Positions 45,392 through 53,109 of a stretch of 53,109 nucleotides of DNA are shown one piece after another. Under the pieces are notes generated by a model, which had not been told where the DNA came from, ran no database searches, and saw only the letters and a list, made by a program, of their open reading frames with translations. The position numbers and the translations under genes are program-made. The DNA is taken from the IMG/VR virus record IMGVR_UViG_3300034190_001473, positions 1 through 53,109 of that record; one strand, written 5' to 3'. This DNA is from a virus. Lineage: Duplodnaviria > Caudoviricetes. Numbering within the stretch: the first letter of the stretch is position 1; every line of letters begins with the position of its first letter.

Positions 45392-48031
45392 TTAAATCCG
45401 CTTGGCTGGAACGTATAGGTTGCCCTCGTTACCGCTGACTTTGCCGTTCGTATCAGTGCCCCAAGTGTACATATCGCCGTTCTCGTCTAGGACTTCCCAG
45501 CCTTGGCTCAAGCTGGTTGAAGACCCCATGTAACCTTGGACGTTGGCTTGAATTAACGTGCCGTTTACGCCGAGTGGGAAGGCTGGGGACATTGGCGAAG
45601 AAATTGGGCTTGGGAAGTTGTAGAAACCACATTGATAACTCGCCGTACCCGTGATGTAGAACCAGCCGTTGCGTCGAGCGATGCGGTCTTCCTTGTTGGC
45701 GTGGCACATAAAGCCCATATGGTAGTAACCCGACGTTCCCGCTGGGGCGCAATAGATTTCCGACACCCATTTAAGTTTGTCGTCACAGATAAGTGGCGTT
45801 GTTGTTTGGGTGGCGTTGCCGCGACCTTGTACGCCGACAGTGTTCTGACCTGTGGCATACAAGCTGCCGTCTTCTGTCAGGAAGAACACGTTTTCTGGGT
45901 GATACCCGCGTGGGAATACGTCGATAACGTGCTTGTTGGTGTCAGTGCCGAGGCCACCCGCGACTTGAGTGAGAGTGTAAACAGTGCTGTCGGTGTTGCC
46001 GAGGCCAAGCTGACCATAGTTGTTTCTGCCACATGCGTAGACACGTCCAGACGCCATCAGTACGTGTGTCGTGCCGTGGCTTCCCGCACCTGTCGCAATC
46101 GCTTTAACTGGCGTCTGACCAGAGACAGAGATTTCCGTTGGCGTTTGCTTGATAGCGGTGTTGTTACCCTGACCGCACTGACCATAGTTGTTGCCGCCCC
46201 AAGTGAAAATACGGTTGTCTGTGGTGAGCACGACACAGTGGTTGTAGGTGCCGCCACTGCAACTAATCGACTTCACGTTTTTGTTGAAGGCGTTGATATA
46301 AGTGATAGTGTTTTTGTTAGCGACTGTGCCGTCACCCATGCCGCCGTTGACGTTGTAGCCCCAAGCGTAAAGGTCGCCATCTTCCATTAACAGCATTATG
46401 GTAACTGCCGTCTCGGTGCTGGATGAGCTGCTGGATGCAATGTAGCGGCAACGCCCCGCGCCTGACGGGATCGGAACCTTGTGAAAATAGTTGCGGTCTA
46501 CGTTAAAGCCGTCAACTTGCTGGCCTTCGTCGCCGTGACCCGTCACGTAAACGGAGCCGTCTGCGTGAAGGATCGTCGTGTGGCTGTATAGATTGATAAC
46601 TTGAATTGCGTCCGAGAACATTACGTTGTCAGCCATCGTGAAGCCGCCCAAACCTTGCCCGTTCTTCGCGTAACCGTTGGTTTCCCACACATAGTCGCCG
46701 TGGTTGTACTTGCCAGTTTGCCCTTCGGAGTTAGACCCCCATGTCGAACATTCGAGCCTGCCACGGTTATAGACAATCGCTGACGAGTGGTTGCCAGTAG
46801 TCCAGCCCGTCTTGCCCATGTCCCATGTGCCTGTGTTCGCCGCATATGAGTGGGTCGAACCGCCGAGAGTACCTGTGGCTTCTGTAATGTGGTTGGCAAA
46901 CTTGTAGCGTCCACCTGACCAAATGCCAGTGTAGTCGCCTTGGAGAGAAGCAAACTTGCGGTTCTCGTTTGCGCCCCAGTTCTGCCACACTGGTTTGCCT
47001 GTGTATTTGTCGATGCCGAGTGTGTCGCCGTAGTCACCGACAGGTAGGCGGGTGACGGCTGTGCTGGTAAGCACGTTGATCTGACCGCCAAGGCCAATGG
47101 TGTCGAACGTCGCGCTGTCTGTGCCGCGAGAATAGTAAAACAGAGTTGCGACGTTCGGTGTGGCTGGCATTGCGACTGTGACTGTCGCGTTAGACGAACC
47201 TTCCGTGCCAGAGCGGGTAACGTGTACTGTGCTAGTCGCGTCGAATGAGGCCAAGTCTGTGCCGCTATTGTGCGTGCCGTCCGACGTAGTCGAGAACGAA
47301 AAGATGTGGCCCGTGTTCGATGCGTCCGATACGTCGAAGATGTAGCTGATACCCGGCTGCATGGGGAAAGTCGGGGCTTTGTCATAGCCGCTATGGAACC
47401 CGCGTCCTTCGGGGAATTGTGGCTTAATGTAGTAGTAGCTTTCCGCTCCGTAATTACGGACGTGGACAGTGTACTGCACAACTGACGCCGACGATGTTCC
47501 TTCTTTATACATCATGTCGCCTGCGGTTGTCATAGGCGTGGTGACTGCCTGTGCGATTGCGGCTGTGTCGATGACGTGCGCGTAGTTAGTCCCGTCGCAG
47601 AATACCCAGCCCGTAGAGTTGGCTGCGATAGACGGGATGTTGGCTGTCTGGTTCAATGCCTTGACTGTGACAGGGACAGGCAGAGCGTTGTCGATGATAA
47701 CTGCTACGCCTTTGCTGGGCGCGACTACGACAAAGCCAGACTGAGCGTTGCTGCTGTCTGAGTTGGTGATCTTAACGACTGTGCGAGCGACCTGTTCGTC
47801 GGTGAGTGTTACCGTAGCGGCTGTCGCAAGACCTACGCTGACGACTTCGGCAGGCTTGGTGGCCTCGTTAATCATACTGAGCATAGCGTCTGCGCCAAAC
47901 AGCCGCTCGGCTGCTGTCGAGAGATACACTAAGTCGCGTGAAGTTGCGGCTGATGCGCCAGTATCATCTGCCAATACTTTGCCGCGCGTTTTGATTGCAT
48001 CGACAAGTTCTTTAAGAGAGTTCGTACTCAT
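45392..48031 (-). CDS. tail fibre / receptor-binding protein with RCC1-like repeats
   Basis: Repeated WGxNxxGQxG units (WGSNSEGQTG, WGYNVNGGMG, WGGNNYGQCG, CGRNNYGQLG, TGQNTVGVQG). Confidence 0.8.
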   Translation of the reverse strand: MSTNSLKELVDAIKTRGKVLADDTGASAATSRDLVYLSTAAERLFGADAMLSMINEATKPAEVVSVGLATAATVTLTDEQVARTVVKITNSDSSNAQSGFVVVAPSKGVAVIIDNALPVPVTVKALNQTANIPSIAANSTGWVFCDGTNYAHVIDTAAIAQAVTTPMTTAGDMMYKEGTSSASVVQYTVHVRNYGAESYYYIKPQFPEGRGFHSGYDKAPTFPMQPGISYIFDVSDASNTGHIFSFSTTSDGTHNSGTDLASFDATSTVHVTRSGTEGSSNATVTVAMPATPNVATLFYYSRGTDSATFDTIGLGGQINVLTSTAVTRLPVGDYGDTLGIDKYTGKPVWQNWGANENRKFASLQGDYTGIWSGGRYKFANHITEATGTLGGSTHSYAANTGTWDMGKTGWTTGNHSSAIVYNRGRLECSTWGSNSEGQTGKYNHGDYVWETNGYAKNGQGLGGFTMADNVMFSDAIQVINLYSHTTILHADGSVYVTGHGDEGQQVDGFNVDRNYFHKVPIPSGAGRCRYIASSSSSSTETAVTIMLLMEDGDLYAWGYNVNGGMGDGTVANKNTITYINAFNKNVKSISCSGGTYNHCVVLTTDNRIFTWGGNNYGQCGQGNNTAIKQTPTEISVSGQTPVKAIATGAGSHGTTHVLMASGRVYACGRNNYGQLGLGNTDSTVYTLTQVAGGLGTDTNKHVIDVFPRGYHPENVFFLTEDGSLYATGQNTVGVQGRGNATQTTTPLICDDKLKWVSEIYCAPAGTSGYYHMGFMCHANKEDRIARRNGWFYITGTASYQCGFYNFPSPISSPMSPAFPLGVNGTLIQANVQGYMGSSTSLSQGWEVLDENGDMYTWGTDTNGKVSGNEGNLYVPAKRI

Positions 48032-48043
48032 TTTTTTCCCTTT

Positions 48044-48562
48044 CTAAAGGACATCAATGTCGAGCAAGACGGCTTCCTCAAGCCGATCAAGTCGCGGTTC
48101 TGAGTTGGTTTTAAATTCTTGGACTTCGGATAGGACTGCGTCGCCGTCAAAGAACAGCACAAATTTGGTTACGTCGAGGACTGCGCCTGACGTATGCGGG
48201 GCGACGCATATGTAGACCTTCTGACCGCTCTGGATCATGTCTAGTCGTTTGTAGTTTGTGCCAGTCGCGTAGGCTCCGCGCTGATTAAAGAAGTTCTGGT
48301 TCGTGTCGAACCATCCAGCGTTAGCGTCGGTGTAGTGGCCGAAGCGTGCTTGGAAGACTGGGAGGGTCGCGTCGGTTTCGGACACGCGGAACTGCAACGC
48401 GGTGGGGTTGAGGCCACCAGTGCTGGTGAACAGATTTTGCATCAAGACTGGGAGAGAGAACGTACCCTGTTCGCAATCTTCTAGGTACTTATCCAGTACG
48501 TGCGTTCCCGTCTTACTGCTGCGGAAACTAATCTGTTCGCCAGTGGGCCTTGTATACGCCAT
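48044..48562 (-). CDS. virion structural protein
   Basis: RGAYATGTNY..LD...YICVAPHTS resembles carbohydrate-binding-like modules of tail proteins. Confidence 0.6.
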   Translation of the reverse strand: MAYTRPTGEQISFRSSKTGTHVLDKYLEDCEQGTFSLPVLMQNLFTSTGGLNPTALQFRVSETDATLPVFQARFGHYTDANAGWFDTNQNFFNQRGAYATGTNYKRLDMIQSGQKVYICVAPHTSGAVLDVTKFVLFFDGDAVLSEVQEFKTNSEPRLDRLEEAVLLDIDVL

Positions 48563-48588
48563 GTTAAGCCTTGTTTGTGTTCTTGGAC

Positions 48589-48619
48589 AATTTAACCGTT
48601 ATCTCAGGGCAAGTCGTCC
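48589..48619 (-). promoter_or_regulatory. putative late promoter GGACGA-N19-TAAATT
   Basis: Motif copy in the intergenic gap upstream of 48044-48562. Confidence 0.65.
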
Positions 48620-48623
48620 TCAC

Positions 48624-48899
48624 TTATTCCATCCCCAGCTTTTGCATTAAGGCGATGATCTTGGGGCGGGTAAGGCTGTACCTTTCGTCTTGCTCGTACT
48701 GGCGCTCTAAGCCAGACACGCGGTTCTTTAAGTCGACGTCGTTGTATTCACCGTTGATAACGATTAGCTGCACCAGCTCGACACGAAGGGCGTCGGCTGC
48801 CTTGGTTGCGGCTTCCTCTGCTACTGCCTTGATGTACTGGCGCTGTAAGCCTGTGAGGTTGGTGGCGTCCTCTATGCTGGCGGCTGTTGGCTTAGTCAT
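48624..48899 (-). CDS. hypothetical protein
   Basis: 91 aa, AAGGAG RBS, after the portal gene. Confidence 0.7.
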   Translation of the reverse strand: MTKPTAASIEDATNLTGLQRQYIKAVAEEAATKAADALRVELVQLIVINGEYNDVDLKNRVSGLERQYEQDERYSLTRPKIIALMQKLGME

Positions 48900-48900
48900 G

Positions 48901-50784
48901 TTATTCTCCTTGGCGCTTTAAGTTGCCAGCTTGGATTTCTTGCTGCATCTGCTCTTGGGGCATAACGCTGGCTCCGCGCATACGCTCCATCTGCATCTGT
49001 TGCTGTGAGGGCGACATGCCTTGTGCGGCTTCTTTCTCAGTGATCTTGAACTGGTCTAGGTCGCTGACGCCCATAGAACGTATGGCTTCCTCCGCGATCT
49101 TGCCGACCTTGTATTCCATGTTGAGGCCAGTCTGGTTCATAACTTGAAGCATGTTCATCCAAGTCTCGGCAGAGCGTGTGGGTTCTACTGGCAGAGTTCC
49201 GTCGACTATGAGGTAGTCTACCTCACCTTGCAGCATGGATATGTCGAAATCCATGTAGTCGTCTTTAATCATATTGCTTAGTTCGCCGGGGCTGTCTGTC
49301 CCCATAATGCGAAGCGACCCTTCGTAGTCGAGCGCGTCTTGCAAGTTGCTAACCATCATACGGACCAGGGGGCGTACTGTTGTCGAAGACATTATGCGTG
49401 AGATTACGCCAAGTCGTTGGGAGCCTAACTGGGTAAGTCGTTGGATTTCCGTCGCGGAACGGATGCCATCTGCTGTCGGCATACCCTGTTGGGCGTCACT
49501 GGCGGCAGACACACGCTGCTTGAGGTCAGACATAGCCCCGATGTCGTTCCAATGACCCCTAGTTACGTCAGGTATCTCTGCAATAAAGACGCCGTCACCC
49601 GGTTTCGTGCCGGGAAGTGTGCGAACTAAGCCCCACGGGTTGCGGTCTATTAAGTCTGGCACGGATACGGCAGTGGGGTCGACGAAGATTAGGTTGTTTA
49701 AAGCCGCTTGGACGTTGTCGATACGGCTGCGAAGTAGCCATGTGCTGATGTCGTGCAGTGGTAGGAGCAAATCGTATAGGGATTGGCCGTAAGTCTTGTG
49801 ACTATCGTGATACAAGCCGCCAATTACGACGGGGAACTGGCGTCCATAGGGGTTTAGACGGCAGTTTATGATAGCGCACTCATCCAGAACGGTGACTAAC
49901 ATCCATATCTGGTCGATACTGGGTATGCCAATCTCGTATCCGTTGAACCTAACCCATGCCTCGTCCACTATTCGGCTGTCTTGAAGGGTAAAATGATAGC
50001 CATTCTCTTGTCCACGAGGGTCGTCGGGGTTGATTGATAGGCCTCGGCCCTCTTCGCGGAACCAACCATGCGCGTCCCATGAGTGTTTGCCCGTCTCCTT
50101 GCGGCGAAGGCCGGGGTACTTGGCGACTTTGGGGTACAAACCAGAGCCTAGAAGGGCAGACGTGGACATATGGTCCGTGAATATAATGAATTGCATACGA
50201 TCCCAGTCGCCCCAGTTTACTCTAGGGTCGGGAAAGCAGCGACGTGGGTCGAAGTTTACTATGTCGTTCGTCTTTGTGACAGGGTTCCACACGCATTTCG
50301 TAGGGGCAAAGCCATAGCGTATGCTGTCTAGGAGCATTTGGGCTAGTCGTGCCTCGCCAGCGGTGCGTCTCATGTGCTGGTGTAAGAGGCGTTCTAGGAT
50401 TTGAGACGACTTGCGGGACTTGCGGTTGAGGCCTTCAAGCTGGAACATCGGGTTGCGGCCTGTGAGCGCGGCCATGAGGTAGGTAAGGACCGTGTCGCTG
50501 ATAGCGCGTGTGTCTGCGACTACGGCCTTCTCTCTGAACTTGGTACTGTCTGCTGGAACCCACACATCGTGCGCCCTGTCTGCGTCCTGCCAGTGCTTGT
50601 GACGGCCACTGATGCGCTCGAATGACATCTTAGTGCAGGCACGAACATAGTCTATCAGTTTGGTTTCCTGATCCTCTGTGAGCATGTCGGATATGTCTTC
50701 GTATTCCATAAGCGCGTTGGCGTGTTCCGACAGGTCAACGACAATATCTTGCTCCGCAGAATAAGGCTGGTTCTTGTATCGCAT
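48901..50784 (-). CDS. portal protein
   Basis: Follows terL (TAATG overlap at 50784); DSIRYGFA, YGQSLYD, RSATEI; Gln-rich C-terminal tail. Confidence 0.85.
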   Translation of the reverse strand: MRYKNQPYSAEQDIVVDLSEHANALMEYEDISDMLTEDQETKLIDYVRACTKMSFERISGRHKHWQDADRAHDVWVPADSTKFREKAVVADTRAISDTVLTYLMAALTGRNPMFQLEGLNRKSRKSSQILERLLHQHMRRTAGEARLAQMLLDSIRYGFAPTKCVWNPVTKTNDIVNFDPRRCFPDPRVNWGDWDRMQFIIFTDHMSTSALLGSGLYPKVAKYPGLRRKETGKHSWDAHGWFREEGRGLSINPDDPRGQENGYHFTLQDSRIVDEAWVRFNGYEIGIPSIDQIWMLVTVLDECAIINCRLNPYGRQFPVVIGGLYHDSHKTYGQSLYDLLLPLHDISTWLLRSRIDNVQAALNNLIFVDPTAVSVPDLIDRNPWGLVRTLPGTKPGDGVFIAEIPDVTRGHWNDIGAMSDLKQRVSAASDAQQGMPTADGIRSATEIQRLTQLGSQRLGVISRIMSSTTVRPLVRMMVSNLQDALDYEGSLRIMGTDSPGELSNMIKDDYMDFDISMLQGEVDYLIVDGTLPVEPTRSAETWMNMLQVMNQTGLNMEYKVGKIAEEAIRSMGVSDLDQFKITEKEAAQGMSPSQQQMQMERMRGASVMPQEQMQQEIQAGNLKRQGE

Positions 50785-52400
50785 TATAGTTCTCCCCAAC
50801 CCTTAAACTCAGGCTGATGCTTTAGGTCTTTAGCCCACCATTCCTTTTTTTCAGCCTGTTCGAATTGAGCCGAAAGAGAGGAAGCCATGTTGATTGGTCC
50901 GTTCATTAGTTCGCTGGCCGCTCCACCCATTTTTGCAATCGCCTCTAAGCCCATAGAGAGGGCGTCAATCTGGTCATCGTGCTTGCCCGATGGAAAGGAC
51001 TGGGCCTCTTCCATAAAGCTGTCGAGCCATAATGCACTATCTGGCAGATAAACTCGTCCCCCCTCTATGAGCGGAAGTACGGCGTTAAGACGTGAGACTT
51101 TATCGCTGCCTACCTTGACTGGTAAGACCGACATACCAGACTGGCTTCGCAGCTCTTGTATGAGTGACTGGCCGCTGGCTTTGTCTTCTATGTACAGGCC
51201 CCGTAAGCCTCTGCCGCGCCATTTGGCGTTAAGGGTTATGGCTGCTCGCTTGAGTTCGGGGAAGTCGTACTTGTCGCGCACGATTTCTAGGATGTGAATG
51301 TCGTTCAAGTCGTCGAGGCCAAGCACCATCATTACGGAATAGTCAGCAGTTTCGGTCTTTTTAAATGCTGTGTCTGCCGCGATTATGACCGTGTTGCACT
51401 TGGGGACGTCGTTAGTCTTGCGCCACCAGCCTGCTTTTATCAAATTACCGCCCTTAATGTAGGGGGTTTGTTGGTAGAGACTGGCAAATTCGCGTGCGTC
51501 TAGGCGCTCTCGCTTGCGTAATTCTTCTAGGGGAAAGCGTTCGCCCCACAGGGCTTCCTCTGTTTCTTTGTAGAAGGTGCGCTTGGATACGTTTACTTTG
51601 CTTAGCTCACCCTTGGGGATGTAGCGTTCGTCGTCCTCTGGCAGTGAGGCTACAGACGCCTTCTCTTGGCTCTTTACGCGACGTATGGCGGGGAAGTTTA
51701 CGTGCTTCCATGCGCCTTCCTTCCAGTCCTCAGTGTCCATAAGCCGTCCAGCTAGGTCGTCAGGATGCCAGCGGGTTAGGATCACGACCTCTATGGGGGG
51801 CGTACCGTCTGGCTCTGGCTGCTTACGTGTCGATAGGGCAGATATGTAGTACGACCACGTCTTGTTACGCTGTGTGGCGCTGTCAGCCTCTTCACGGGCC
51901 TTTATGGGGTCATCTATTAGGAGCAATGTGGCTGCGCGACCAGTGGTCGAGCCGCCCAAGCCAGTGGCGTAGTAGCCGCCGCCCAGTGTAGTGCGCCAAT
52001 CGTCTACCGCTTTGCTCTCGTCAGACATGTGAAAGTCGGGGAAGGCTTGCGGTACGATCAGTTCGCGTGCGTGGTCGCGGGTCTGACGGCCAAAGGTCTT
52101 GGCTAAGTCTTGGTTGTAAGACGTCGCCAGCACGTTACGATTGGCTTTGCGAGCCAAGTAGTAAACCGGAAATAGCGTCGACGCCAACCACGACTTGCCG
52201 TGTCGAGGCGGCATCGTAATAAGCAAACGGTTGCAGCCCAGTGTATCTTTCTCAAGGTTATCCAGAGTTTCAATGAGTTCCTCTTGGAACCCTGCGAGCT
52301 TAAAGTCTGGATATAGAGCTTGGACGAACCCATGAAAACTATCCCTCGCTTTGGTGATTAGGAGTAGGCGTTGGGCTGCTTGCTGTGGCGTCAATGACAT
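50784..52400 (-). CDS. terL: terminase large subunit
   Basis: MPPRHGKS Walker A, LLLIDDPIK Walker B, TRWHPDDLAG, DTA, IEDKASG, HDDQIDA. Confidence 0.95.
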   Translation of the reverse strand: MSLTPQQAAQRLLLITKARDSFHGFVQALYPDFKLAGFQEELIETLDNLEKDTLGCNRLLITMPPRHGKSWLASTLFPVYYLARKANRNVLATSYNQDLAKTFGRQTRDHARELIVPQAFPDFHMSDESKAVDDWRTTLGGGYYATGLGGSTTGRAATLLLIDDPIKAREEADSATQRNKTWSYYISALSTRKQPEPDGTPPIEVVILTRWHPDDLAGRLMDTEDWKEGAWKHVNFPAIRRVKSQEKASVASLPEDDERYIPKGELSKVNVSKRTFYKETEEALWGERFPLEELRKRERLDAREFASLYQQTPYIKGGNLIKAGWWRKTNDVPKCNTVIIAADTAFKKTETADYSVMMVLGLDDLNDIHILEIVRDKYDFPELKRAAITLNAKWRGRGLRGLYIEDKASGQSLIQELRSQSGMSVLPVKVGSDKVSRLNAVLPLIEGGRVYLPDSALWLDSFMEEAQSFPSGKHDDQIDALSMGLEAIAKMGGAASELMNGPINMASSLSAQFEQAEKKEWWAKDLKHQPEFKGWGEL

Positions 52401-52728
52401 CTGGTTCGTCCTCTATGGGGGTGTTCGCTTGGGCGGCAATGGCCTGTAGCTCATTGAAGGTGAGTTCGTGCGCGGCTTTGTTTTCGACTGCGTGTTCGTT
52501 GAACGAGTGGTGTAGGTCGGGCATGACTTTATTCAGCATCATGCCGAACAGTCTGACTTGCTGGTTGTTCCATTGCTTATTGCCATCCAGCACTTCGCGC
52601 ACGGAAGGCATTTGCTTGCGCACAACGTCTAAGACAGTGCGGCGAACACGGTCTACTTCTATTGGGGTCACTGGCGCTAGGCCACCAGTGCCGTGGGTTC
52701 TGCTTACTTCTTTTCTATATGTAGCCAT
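52339..52728 (-). CDS. putative terminase small subunit
   Basis: Directly upstream of and overlapping terL; LNKVMPDL motif. Confidence 0.6.
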   Translation of the reverse strand: MATYRKEVSRTHGTGGLAPVTPIEVDRVRRTVLDVVRKQMPSVREVLDGNKQWNNQQVRLFGMMLNKVMPDLHHSFNEHAVENKAAHELTFNELQAIAAQANTPIEDEPDVIDATASSPTPTPNHQSEG

Positions 52729-52805
52729 GTCTCGTTTCCGTCACATTGATTTCGTTTTGTGCTGCGAAAATCCGGTTCCCCGGTGATGGGTATATGGGAA
52801 ATCAA

Positions 52806-52840
52806 ACGGCGAAAGGGGGTCTACCCCCCCCTTTCGCCGT
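52806..52840. repeat. 14-bp perfect inverted repeat upstream of terS
   Basis: ACGGCGAAAGGGGG-tctaccc-CCCCCTTTCGCCGT. Confidence 0.8.
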
Positions 52841-53109
52841 AGCTTTTGGCAACCTTAGCTCTACAAGTAGAGCTAAGCCGTTGTATTTATTACTAAATAG
52901 TGTCCTATCTAGGGAGAAATCTTCTTCTTCTAGTGGTGAGTTTTGAATTGTTGGTCCCTTCTCTTCAATTCAATACGGTTCTTAAGTCTCAGGACAGTCA
53001 TAACAAATACTTACCTCTCTATTCGTCCTTGCCCTTCTGAAAGAAGGGCTGGGTTGGAAGTTAGTGGCCGGTTGGTTTCGACAATCCGGCAAAAACTTCA
53101 ATCAATCCA

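Larger units (their letters stand above)
1..53109. mobile_element. Temperate tailed bacteriophage (podovirus-like), partial or near-complete genome
   Basis: Terminase, portal, capsid, tail, ejection, lysis, integrase and replication modules fill the window. No host housekeeping genes were seen. Confidence 0.97.

Noticed and set aside
46621-47481. 286-aa same-strand alternative-frame ORF inside the fibre gene
   Set aside because: Thr/Arg/Ser-rich product typical of a shifted frame under codon bias; no RBS or slippery site seen.
1-53109. tRNA genes, reverse transcriptase/DGR, family A or B DNA polymerase
   Set aside because: None recognised; intergenic gaps show no cloverleaf and no ORF carries the expected motifs. 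tRNAscan-SE was not run.

Overview
The whole window is bacteriophage DNA, most of a temperate, podovirus-like genome. The host is probably a marine alphaproteobacterium (inferred from gene style and apparent GANTC avoidance). The left part (1-14.7 kb) holds early, lysogeny and replication genes: a CobT-like zincin/VWA protein, a LuxR-type HTH, a tyrosine integrase followed by an apparently intact attP with IHF-like boxes, HTH regulators, an Hjc-type resolvase, a primase-polymerase/helicase, a Sak4-like ATPase, an SSB, a Cas4-like exonuclease and a dNMP kinase. The right part (14.7-52.7 kb, all minus strand) is the late region: terS, terL, portal, RCC1-repeat fibre, scaffold, major capsid, tail proteins, two tandem GNATs, ejection proteins including a 4114-aa polyvalent-like protein, holin and amidase. 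The most striking unannotated signal is a candidate late-expression system. A GGACGA-N19-(-10) promoter motif recurs at four late gene junctions (plus two variants), twice fused with intrinsic terminators. Four look-alike RNA hairpins (C-GC-tetraloop-GC-Y) lie in the scaffold and capsid leaders. All protein calls come from motif recognition by eye; no database search was run.
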